Origin: Pyrinomonadaceae bacterium
GTDB taxonomy: Bacteria > Acidobacteriota > Blastocatellia > Pyrinomonadales > Pyrinomonadaceae
DNA length: 64,000 bases
NCBI GenBank assembly: GCA_040510435.1
Contig: JBEVJD010000356.1
Span: 1,026 to 65,025 of the forward strand
Reading direction: 5' to 3'
The notes below the pieces were generated by a model, which did no database searches, was not told the DNA's origin, and saw only the letters and a program-made list of their open reading frames with translations. The translations under genes and the position numbers were made by a program. Numbering within the stretch: the first letter of the stretch is position 1; each line of letters begins with the position of its first letter. Of the stretch, positions 56,662-64,000 are shown one piece after another.

Positions 56662-56998
56662 TCTTCCTCCCGTCGAGGTCGAGGAGGGCTTTGAGGGCGC
56701 GCTTGAGGGCGTTGTCGCTGTCCTGTTCAAGCTCTGCGAGTTCTTCGGGGGTGGCCTTGCCCGCGCGGGCGTCGTTGACCTTCTGCCAGAGGGCTTCGCG
56801 GGCGCGGACGTACTCTTCGGGGAGCGCGCGGCCGCAGTAGTTGCAGGCGGGGCTCCCGAGCGCGAGCAGGCGGCGCTTGCAGTGCGGGCAGAAGCGGAAG
56901 TCGGGCGCCGCGCGCGCGCCGGCCGCCGCGCCGCAGTTCGGGCACTTCGCCGCGTCCTCTTCGAAGGCGCTCTGGCAGTAGTCGCAGGTTCGACTCAT
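56657..56998 (-). CDS. Double zinc-ribbon protein (113 aa)
   Basis: CDYCQS...CPNCG and CPHCKR...CNYCG. The start overlaps the upstream stop by 4 nt. Confidence 0.7.
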   Translation of the reverse strand: MSRTCDYCQSAFEEDAAKCPNCGAAAGARAAPDFRFCPHCKRRLLALGSPACNYCGRALPEEYVRAREALWQKVNDARAGKATPEELAELEQDSDNALKRALKALLDLDGRKK

Positions 56999-57732
56999 CT
57001 CTTCGCGCGCGCACGGCGGGGCGCGTCTGTGACGAACTCCACTTCGGAAGCGTCTACGGTCGGCGTGGCCTTCGGCGGCGCCGCGCCCGCGGGGACGACC
57101 CAGGATTCGACCAACAGCGCTTCGCGGAAGCCGCCGTCAACGATGAGGATGCGTGACGCCTCGATGCCCCTCACCTCGACGAGATATTTTTTCGCGCGCA
57201 CGCAGCGGCGCTCCGCCTCGCCGGCCCGCCCCTTGCGGCCGCCGTAGCAGAGCAGGTGTCCCTCGGCCGTCGGGTCGTTCAGCAACTCGATGGCGTAGTT
57301 GTCGAGCCGCGCCTTCTCGTCGTCGAAACGGATGTTGCCGTAAGTGTCGAGCGGGCGGCCGCAGCCTATGACCGCCGGGAGCGTGTAGGAGACAGAAGTC
57401 GGGCAGGAGCCGGACAGCCCGCCGACCTCGACCGTCACCTCCACGAACATACTCCTGACGCCGGTCAGGTCTGTGATGAGGACGGCCGTGCCCTGACCGC
57501 CGACGACAATGCCCGCCGGGAGCGTCCAGTTGTATGTGACCCTCGCGCCGTCGCGCTGCGGGGCGTGTTTGACCCTGAAGGTGATGTTGGTGTCGCGCAG
57601 GCCCGCGCCGGGCGAACCGTCCGCGACGATCTCGGGGCAACTGTTCTCGCCGCGCTGCTCCTGCGCGCGCGACGGCGGGACGACGAGCACGAGGACGAGG
57701 ACAAGTGATGTGAGTACGACGGTCTTTCTCAT
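56995..57732 (-). CDS. Secreted two-domain protein (Ig-like + OmpA-C-like?), paralog 1
   Basis: Signal peptide. YNWTLPAGIVVGGQGTAVLITD, then DTYGNIRFDDEKARLDNYAIELLNDP...RAKKYLVEVRGIEASRI. Confidence 0.7.
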   Translation of the reverse strand: MRKTVVLTSLVLVLVLVVPPSRAQEQRGENSCPEIVADGSPGAGLRDTNITFRVKHAPQRDGARVTYNWTLPAGIVVGGQGTAVLITDLTGVRSMFVEVTVEVGGLSGSCPTSVSYTLPAVIGCGRPLDTYGNIRFDDEKARLDNYAIELLNDPTAEGHLLCYGGRKGRAGEAERRCVRAKKYLVEVRGIEASRILIVDGGFREALLVESWVVPAGAAPPKATPTVDASEVEFVTDAPRRARAKR

Positions 57733-57759
57733 ACAGTTATGTCGAGTGGCTGCGTGACT

Positions 57760-58488
57760 TCAACGGCGTCGCGCCCCGCGCTTCGATGGAGGCTTGATGA
57801 ATTTGACTTCGCTCGGGTCAACCGTCGGAACAGACTCAGGCGGCGGCAGGCTGTTATGCCTTATCTTGAGTTCCACCGTCAGCTCTTCGCGGTGGCCGCC
57901 GTCAATGGTCACGAGTCGCGAGGCGGGGATGCCGCGCACCATCATAAGGTAGCGCTTCGCGCGCGCTATTCTCCTCGCCGCCTCGCCGCGGCGCGCGCGC
58001 CTCCCGCCGTAGCCGACGATGTAGCCGACGAACTGCGGGTCGTTCTGCAACTCAATGGCGAGGTTGTCGAGCCGCGCCTGCTCGTCCTCGAACTTGATGT
58101 TGCCGTACTCGTCAACCTTGTCGTGGAAGATGAAGTGCCGAACCCCCACCGTGCACGACGCCGACTTCGCGCAGGACTCCGGGAGGCCGCTGATTTCGAC
58201 CGTAGCCGTCACGATCTGGTTGCCGGAGAGTCCGGTCGTATCCACAGTGATGGAGGTCGTCCCCTGCCCGCTGCTGATAGTCCCGGCGGAGACCTCCCAC
58301 TTGAAAGTGAGTTTCGCGTCGGCGGGGGCGTTGTTGACGGACGCCGCGAAGGTCGCGGGCTCGCCGCCGTTAACAGTGTCGGGACAGGAGACGACGACCG
58401 CGGGGCATTGGCGCGCGCGGGGCGCGGCGCCGCCGATGGGTTGCGCCGCGAGCGAGGCGAGTGTGATTGCCAGCACGAGCCTCTTCAT
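57760..58488 (-). CDS. Secreted two-domain protein, paralog 2
   Basis: Same architecture: FKWEVSAGTISSGQGTTSITVD, then DEYGNIKFEDEQARLDNLAIELQNDP...RAKRYLMMVRGIPASRL. Confidence 0.7.
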   Translation of the reverse strand: MKRLVLAITLASLAAQPIGGAAPRARQCPAVVVSCPDTVNGGEPATFAASVNNAPADAKLTFKWEVSAGTISSGQGTTSITVDTTGLSGNQIVTATVEISGLPESCAKSASCTVGVRHFIFHDKVDEYGNIKFEDEQARLDNLAIELQNDPQFVGYIVGYGGRRARRGEAARRIARAKRYLMMVRGIPASRLVTIDGGHREELTVELKIRHNSLPPPESVPTVDPSEVKFIKPPSKRGARRR

Positions 58489-58552
58489 CTTCCTGACGCG
58501 ACGCGGGCGGGACTGTGCGCCCCGCCCGCGATAAATGACACGGCCTTTTATC

Positions 58553-59689
58553 TCACGCGGCCGTGCCGCAACTGCCGCAGAACTTCGCGCCCGGCGCGAT
58601 GGGGTTGTTGCAGTTCTTGCAAGCCTTCGGCTCGACCGACTGGCCGCAGTTGTTGCAGAACTTCGACCCCGCGGGCACCTGCGCCTGGCAGTTCGGGCAC
58701 TCGACGCCCGCCGCCTGCTGAACCTGCGTGTTCGCGCCGCAGTTCTGGCAGAACTTCGCGCCCACGGCGTTGGGCGTCTGACACTTCGGGCACGGCACGG
58801 ACTGCGCGGCCGCGCCGCCCCCGCCCTGCTGACCCTGCTGACCCTGCTGACCCTGCCCGCCGCCGAAGGCGTTCGCCATCATCTGCCCGTAGCCGAAGCC
58901 CATGCCGAGCCCCATCCCCGTGCCCGCGGCGCCGCCCGGCTGCTTCGCCGCGTCGGGCATCGACTCGGCCGCCTTGTACTGCATGTAGCGCCCCATGTCG
59001 CCCAGCGCAGACATCGACGAGCGCTCGTCGATCTTCTTCTGCACCTCTTCGGGCGGCGTGATGGCGGAGACGAGCATGTCGACCAGCTCAAGCCCCTGCT
59101 TGCTGAAGTCCTCGGCGACGCGCGCCTTGACGCCCGCGGCCAGCTCGTCGTAGTAGGCGGGCAGGTCGAAGACCGTCTTCAAATTCTCGCCGAGCAGGTC
59201 GTTGAGGCGCGAGACGACGATGTCGCGCAGGTAGTCGCCGAGACTTTGCGTCGAGACGAGGCCGCGCGTGCCGACGATGGAGGCGACGAAGAGCTGCGGG
59301 TCTGCGACGCGGAAGGAGTACTTGCCGAAGGCGCGCAGCCGCACCATGTACAGCTCCGTGTCGCGGAACGGGATCGGCTCCTTCGTGCCCCACTTCATGT
59401 CCTGGAAGGTGTGGCGCGCGACGAAGACGACGGCCGCCGTGAACGGCGACTCCCCGCCGAAGGGGAGCGAGAGCACCTTCGTCAGGAGCGGCACGTTCAT
59501 CGTCGTCAGCGTGTGGCGGCCGGGGCCGAACGTGTCGAGCGCCTTGCCGTCGCGGAAGAAGACGGCCGACTGGTTCTCCTGCACGATGAGTTGCGCGCCC
59601 ATCTTGATGTCGGCCGAGCCCTGCGGCGGGACGCGCGCCACGATCTGCTGCCCCGTCTGGTCGAAAAACTGTATGACTTCGATTGCCAT
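58553..59689 (-). CDS. SPFH/band-7-like protein with three C-terminal zinc ribbons (COG4260 / YdjI-like)
   Basis: N-terminal [21 protein letters not shown]...[27 protein letters not shown], Gly/Gln-rich linker, then CPKCQ..CQNCG, CPNCQ..CNNCG, CKNCN..CGSCG. Confidence 0.85.
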   Translation of the reverse strand: MAIEVIQFFDQTGQQIVARVPPQGSADIKMGAQLIVQENQSAVFFRDGKALDTFGPGRHTLTTMNVPLLTKVLSLPFGGESPFTAAVVFVARHTFQDMKWGTKEPIPFRDTELYMVRLRAFGKYSFRVADPQLFVASIVGTRGLVSTQSLGDYLRDIVVSRLNDLLGENLKTVFDLPAYYDELAAGVKARVAEDFSKQGLELVDMLVSAITPPEEVQKKIDERSSMSALGDMGRYMQYKAAESMPDAAKQPGGAAGTGMGLGMGFGYGQMMANAFGGGQGQQGQQGQQGGGGAAAQSVPCPKCQTPNAVGAKFCQNCGANTQVQQAAGVECPNCQAQVPAGSKFCNNCGQSVEPKACKNCNNPIAPGAKFCGSCGTAA

Positions 59690-59705
59690 CTGGCTCTCCT
59701 TAATT

Positions 59706-59831
59706 AGTAGACAGTAGTCAGGAGATAGTAGTCAGTAGAAGAACCTTCGTCGCTCGAACCCTACAGTCGTCATCCTCAACGACTGCGGCGCGGAGCGCCT
59801 ACTAGCTACTGACTACTGTCTCCTGTCTACT
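59706..59831. repeat. Heptamer-arm hairpin (GTAGTCA family)
   Basis: agtagacagtagtcaggagatagtagtcagtag (59706-59738) pairs with ctactagctactgactactgtctcctgtctact (59799-59831). The TAG stop at 59827-59829 lies in the arm. Confidence 0.88.
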
Positions 59832-61122
59832 TCTTCAACCTGATGTTCCCGTTGACCACCTTGACGTTGAGTGTGGCCCCGCCGCCGCCGAGTTCCGCCT
59901 CGACCCTCTGCCCGACCCCGCGCTTTTCGGCCTTCAAGGGGAGTGTGTCGGCGACCTCGACTTTGCCGTTCGTCGAGGCGGCCTTCAGGTCAACCTCCTG
60001 CTCGCCGGCCAGGGAGACCTCCACGTCGCCGTTCACCACCGTGAACTCCTGCGGCTCCTCGTGGCGGCCGAGGTACTCGACGCTCGTCCTGCCGTTGGTG
60101 ACCCGGCTGCGCACCGCGCCGTTCGAGGCGACCGAGACGTTGCCGGTCGTCACGTTCAAGTCCAACTCGCCGTCGAACTCGCTGACCTTGATGTCGCCCC
60201 TCTGCGCGGAGAGTTCGAGCTTGTGCAGCCCCTGCCGCGGCACCGTGATCTCGTAGGAGACGCTCACGCGCCCGCCCGGCGCCGCCGTGCTCACCAGCAT
60301 GACGCCCTCGTCGGACTCGGCCGCGAGCACCTGTGTCGAGGCGCGCTCTCGCACGCTCCCGCCGCGCTTGATGATCTTGACGACCGTCTCGTCCGCGTCC
60401 TCGGCGCCGACCACGGTGACGTTGCCGCTGATGATGTGCGCCTTGAAGGTCGCGTCGGAGCCGAGCCCGTAGGTGCGTGTGATGGTCGTGTCGTCGCCCG
60501 CGACGACCGCGTCCGACTCGTCCAGCGGGAGCGGGACGCCGTGCCCCTTGAGCGCCTCCTTGATGCGCTCGCCGAGGTCGGCCGGCAGCGCCGGCATTTC
60601 GGGCACTTCGGGGACTGGGGGCGCGGCGGGCGCACTCGGCGGCGGGCCGGTCTTGACCACCCTGACGACGGTGCCCTGCCGCGTCGCACGCCACCAGAAC
60701 AGGCTCGCGACCGTAGCGAGCCCCGCCCCGAACACGAAGACCGCGAGCAGCGCGAAGAGCCAAAGGCCGCGGCGTCTCTTAGGCGGAGCGGGCGTAGGAG
60801 GAGCGGCCGGCGCGCCGACCGAGAGCGGCCGCGAGCCGAACGGCTGACCCACGAGCACGGAGGTCTTCTGTCCCGCGTTCGTCTGGTACTCGGTCGGGCG
60901 CTGCCCCGAGACGGAGTCCGTATAAGCCCCGTTGGCGCCGAGCGGCGAGGTGCCCGCGGCGGCCGGGGTCGCCGGGCCGTCCTGCTGCGCGCCGCCGGGG
61001 AAGATTTGCGTCGGCGCCTCGCCACCGCCGCCCACGGCCGCGCCCACGGGAGTCCCGCACCGGCGGCAGAACTGCTGCCCCCCGTACAACTCCATGCCGC
61101 AGTTAGCACAACTCTCGGACAT
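59827..61122 (-). CDS. Zinc-ribbon + TM + DUF4097-like (LiaG-like beta-strand repeat) protein
   Basis: CANCGMELYGGQQFCRRCG, TM LWLFALLAVFVFGAGLATVASLFWW. C-terminal repeats of the ...GNVTV / GDIKV / GNVSV / GDVEV / GKVEV / GNIRL type. Confidence 0.8.
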   Translation of the reverse strand: MSESCANCGMELYGGQQFCRRCGTPVGAAVGGGGEAPTQIFPGGAQQDGPATPAAAGTSPLGANGAYTDSVSGQRPTEYQTNAGQKTSVLVGQPFGSRPLSVGAPAAPPTPAPPKRRRGLWLFALLAVFVFGAGLATVASLFWWRATRQGTVVRVVKTGPPPSAPAAPPVPEVPEMPALPADLGERIKEALKGHGVPLPLDESDAVVAGDDTTITRTYGLGSDATFKAHIISGNVTVVGAEDADETVVKIIKRGGSVRERASTQVLAAESDEGVMLVSTAAPGGRVSVSYEITVPRQGLHKLELSAQRGDIKVSEFDGELDLNVTTGNVSVASNGAVRSRVTNGRTSVEYLGRHEEPQEFTVVNGDVEVSLAGEQEVDLKAASTNGKVEVADTLPLKAEKRGVGQRVEAELGGGGATLNVKVVNGNIRLKK

Positions 61123-61127
61123 AGGAA

Positions 61128-61197
61128 GGGTTCTGGGTGTTGGGTGTTAGGTTCTGGGTGTTTGCCTTTAACCAGCACCCAGAACCCAGCACCCAAA
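61128..61197. repeat. Heptamer-arm hairpin (GGGTGTT family)
   Basis: gggttct gggtgtt gggtgtt aggttct gggtg (61128-61160) pairs with cacccagaacccagcacccaaa (61176-61197). Confidence 0.8.
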
Positions 61198-61203
61198 GCC
61201 CTT

Positions 61204-61737
61204 TCAGCTAAACATCGGCTGGCCCTGCGCGTCCTCGGGGCCGAAGGTCTCGATGGCGCGGTAGCGCTCGTCGAAGGTGCGGTTGAGGTCGTCGGCCGCG
61301 CGCTCGATCTCGGCGGCGGCGGCCTTGAGGCCGTCGGCCGTGGCGCCCTTCCCCCCGAGTTCGCGCGCCTGCCGCTCGAAATCCTCGACCTTCTCGACGA
61401 GCGAGAGGTCGAAGCGGTAGATGCGCTCCAACTGCGGCTCCTCAATCTTGACGGCGTCGAAGAAGCCCGCGTAGCCGTAACTGGCGAAGCGGATGCGGTT
61501 CTCGATCTGGTCGAGCTTCTTCAGCACGCGGTCAACGGGGCCGACCTCGAAGAGGCGGCCCGAGGATGAAAGCTCGCGCATCACGTCGGTCAGGGGCTGC
61601 TTGGTCAGGCGCAGGCGCTCGGCCAGGTGCTCGCGGTGGAGCTTGTCCACGTCGCGCCGCCGCTCCTTGGCGACGTAGCCCGCGTAGCCCGGAATCTTGT
61701 CGCCCAAACGTTCAAGCCAGTTTCGCTGGTCGCTCAT
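61204..61737 (-). CDS. Hypothetical cytoplasmic helical protein (177 aa)
   Basis: The ATG at 61737 is preferred (MSDQRNWLERLGDKIPGYAGYV...). Divergent from gvpF/L. Confidence 0.65.
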   Translation of the reverse strand: MSDQRNWLERLGDKIPGYAGYVAKERRRDVDKLHREHLAERLRLTKQPLTDVMRELSSSGRLFEVGPVDRVLKKLDQIENRIRFASYGYAGFFDAVKIEEPQLERIYRFDLSLVEKVEDFERQARELGGKGATADGLKAAAAEIERAADDLNRTFDERYRAIETFGPEDAQGQPMFS

Positions 61738-61921
61738 CTTTGTCTCCAGAGGCGTCGATGCCAAAGTCGTCGGTCTATGTACGTCGCGGCGAGCCGCGGG
61801 GTTCTTTGGCGTAGATTCTAACACCCCCCGGCGCGCGGATAGTAGTTGCGCCGCCAACGCGCCGCCTACTATTATACCCGCGTCAGCATTCTTCCAAGCC
61901 GCAGAACAACTTCAGAAAAAT

Positions 61922-62725
61922 ATGAGCGCCGAAAACGAGACGCCGAACGCCGCGCCCGCGCAGGAGGGCAAGTACGTCTACTGCATCATCGAGTCGAAGG
62001 AACCGCGCAGTTTCGGCCCCATCGGCATCGGCGGCCGCGGCGACGAGGTCTATACCGTCCACCACGACGGGCTGGCCGCGGTCGTCTCGAACACGCCCAT
62101 CCAGGTCTACGACCCGACGCGCGAGAACGTCTTCGCGCACGAGCAGGTCAACGAGACCGTCATGCGCGAGTTCACGGTGCTGCCGATGGCCTTCGGCGTG
62201 CTCTTCCGCACCGAAGACGACATCATGGAGTTGATGCGCGGCACCTACGACGCGCTCCGCGACGTGCTGGCGAAGATGGCGGGCAAGGTCGAGTTCGGCC
62301 TCAAGGTCAACTGGGATCGCGAGCGCGTCATCGGCGAACTGGAAGAGCAGAGCGAGGAGATACGCAACCTCAAGGAGCAGATCACCTCGCGCGGCGCGGG
62401 CTCGACCTACTTCGCCCGCATGCAGTTGGGGCGCCTCGTCGAGACGGCCCTGGCCGAGAAATCGGACGCCTACGTCCGCGAGGTCTACGACTACCTGCGC
62501 GACACGGCCGTCGCCTCGCGCGCCAACAAGCCCATCGGCGACAAGATGATCATGAACGCCGCGTTCCTCATCGAGCGCGACCGCGAGCAGGAGTTCGACG
62601 CCAAGGTCAAGGAGATCGCCGCCAAGTACGAGGGCAAGCTCTCCTTCAAATACACAGGCCCCTGGCCGCCCTACAACTTCGTCCACATCCGTCTGAAACT
62701 GGAGCGCGGCGAGGGCGCCGCCTGA
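61922..62725 (+). CDS. gvpF: Gas vesicle protein GvpL/GvpF family
   Basis: KYVYCII...VHHDGLAAVVSNTP...TVLPMAFGVLF...KYTGPWPPYNF are hallmark GvpL_GvpF motifs. Confidence 0.87.
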   Translation: MSAENETPNAAPAQEGKYVYCIIESKEPRSFGPIGIGGRGDEVYTVHHDGLAAVVSNTPIQVYDPTRENVFAHEQVNETVMREFTVLPMAFGVLFRTEDDIMELMRGTYDALRDVLAKMAGKVEFGLKVNWDRERVIGELEEQSEEIRNLKEQITSRGAGSTYFARMQLGRLVETALAEKSDAYVREVYDYLRDTAVASRANKPIGDKMIMNAAFLIERDREQEFDAKVKEIAAKYEGKLSFKYTGPWPPYNFVHIRLKLERGEGAA

Positions 62726-62775
62726 CGGCAGCGCCCGCCACCGACATGCGCCGCTTTGACCATCGAGGTCACGCC

Positions 62776-63303
62776 ATGACAGACGAAGAACGCCAACGCA
62801 CGATGGACTTCATCCTCCAACAGATGGCGCAGTTCGCCGCCAGCATTCAGAGGAGTGAAGAGGAGAGAGAAAAGCGCGAGCGGACAGACCGCCGCAGGGA
62901 TGTCAGCATCGAGCAGATCAGGAGAATCCTCGCTCGGTCGATCTGGGAGCGCCGTTGTGATCGCAGAGACTGGAACGAGCGCATGGCCGCTCTCGTTAAC
63001 GCGCAGATGCGGTCTGATGAGGCGCGGTCACGCCTGGATGAAAAGATGGACGCGCTCATCGACGTACAGGTCAGGTCAGAAGAGACGCAATCACGTTCGG
63101 AAGAGTGGCGGACACAGATGGAAGAGAGTTTCGCGCGCTCGAACGAAAGACTGGCATACCTTGAAGACTTGACGGCGCGCAACAGTGAGGCCGTCGGGAA
63201 GCTCGCAGTCTCGAACGACCGCAACAGTGAGGCCATCACGAAGCTGACCGAGGTCGTGACGGACATCGCACGGCGGCGGAACGGCGACGAGGAGTCGGCT
63301 TAG
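62776..63303 (+). CDS. Coiled-coil protein with internal 21-aa repeats (hypothetical), between gvpF/L and gvpG
   Basis: GAGG lies 6 nt before the ATG at 62776. MAALVNAQMRSDEARSRLDEK / MDALIDVQVRSEETQSRSEEW repeat, plus RNSEAVGKL / RNSEAITKL. Confidence 0.6.
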   Translation: MTDEERQRTMDFILQQMAQFAASIQRSEEEREKRERTDRRRDVSIEQIRRILARSIWERRCDRRDWNERMAALVNAQMRSDEARSRLDEKMDALIDVQVRSEETQSRSEEWRTQMEESFARSNERLAYLEDLTARNSEAVGKLAVSNDRNSEAITKLTEVVTDIARRRNGDEESA

Positions 63304-63307
63304 TCAT

Positions 63308-63640
63308 ATGTTCCTGATTGACGACATCCTGCTCGCGCCGGTGAACGGCTTCAAGTTCATCATGCGGCAGATTCAGCAGCTCGCCGACAAGGAGCTGAAC
63401 GACGAGTCCGTCATCAAGGAGCAGTTGCTCGAACTCCAGATGCGCTTCGAGCTGGAGGAGATTTCCGACGAGGACTACGCCGAGGCCGAGCGCGAGCTGT
63501 TCGCGCGGCTGCGCGCCATCAAGGCCCGGCAGCTCGAAGCCTTGGGGCAGGTGCACACGGCCGACTCCTCCTCAATGGTCGTCGAGGCGGGCGGCGACGA
63601 CGAGGGCGGCGACTTCTACGAGCCCGGCGGCGGGCGCTGA
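63308..63640 (+). CDS. gvpG: Gas vesicle protein GvpG
   Basis: MFLIDDILLAPVNGFKFIMRQIQQLADKELNDESVIKEQLLELQMRFELEEISDEDYAEAERELFARL matches the GvpG pattern. Confidence 0.8.
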   Translation: MFLIDDILLAPVNGFKFIMRQIQQLADKELNDESVIKEQLLELQMRFELEEISDEDYAEAERELFARLRAIKARQLEALGQVHTADSSSMVVEAGGDDEGGDFYEPGGGR

Positions 63641-63644
63641 AACA

Positions 63645-64000
<356 letters not shown>

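Overview
Visibly GC-rich bacterial chromosomal segment. The gene content suggests Acidobacteriota, which is an inference: a roughly 1300-aa TonB-dependent receptor with a carboxypeptidase-regulatory-like N-terminus, many secreted S9/M48/S41 peptidases, and PilT/PilNOP. I support about 60 CDS. I recognised no rRNA, tRNA, CRISPR array, transposase, integrase or prophage gene. Recognisable content, in order:
- LytS-type kinase, LytTR regulator and a Fis-like HTH gene, with a perfect 21-bp tandem direct repeat between the last two.
- EamA transporter, a 1024-aa secreted protein with a lamin-tail-like segment, and a radical SAM enzyme.
- A Lol/MacB-like ABC cluster, a GlcD-like oxidase and an S1-like protease.
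- A 51-aa SmtA-like metallothionein missing from the ORF track, near a LarA-like protein and a CDF transporter.
- PilT, ThiE, and an S9 / M48-propeller / GNAT / S9 peptidase block.
- TypA, TrmL, and a 40-aa Lys/Gly/Ala-rich protein in an AT-rich island with a near-consensus promoter.
- An orphan PilN-PilO-PilP(IPT)-pseudopilin operon, preceded by a three-gene secreted-protein operon and an FHA-GGDEF gene.
- RibA, the TonB-dependent receptor, an HD phosphohydrolase and an S41 peptidase.
- A zinc-ribbon / SPFH(COG4260-like) / DUF4097 cluster.
- At the window edge, gvpF/L, a coiled-coil gene, gvpG and an arsA-like ATPase.

The most unusual signal is non-coding. About half of the intergenic gaps carry long hairpins whose arms are tandem arrays of 7-8 nt units. 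There are several unit families with one shared architecture, and the arms often supply the stop codon of the upstream gene. There are also three copies of a roughly 150-bp MITE-like element with 24-bp terminal inverted repeats. All product calls come from motif recognition by eye. No database search was run.
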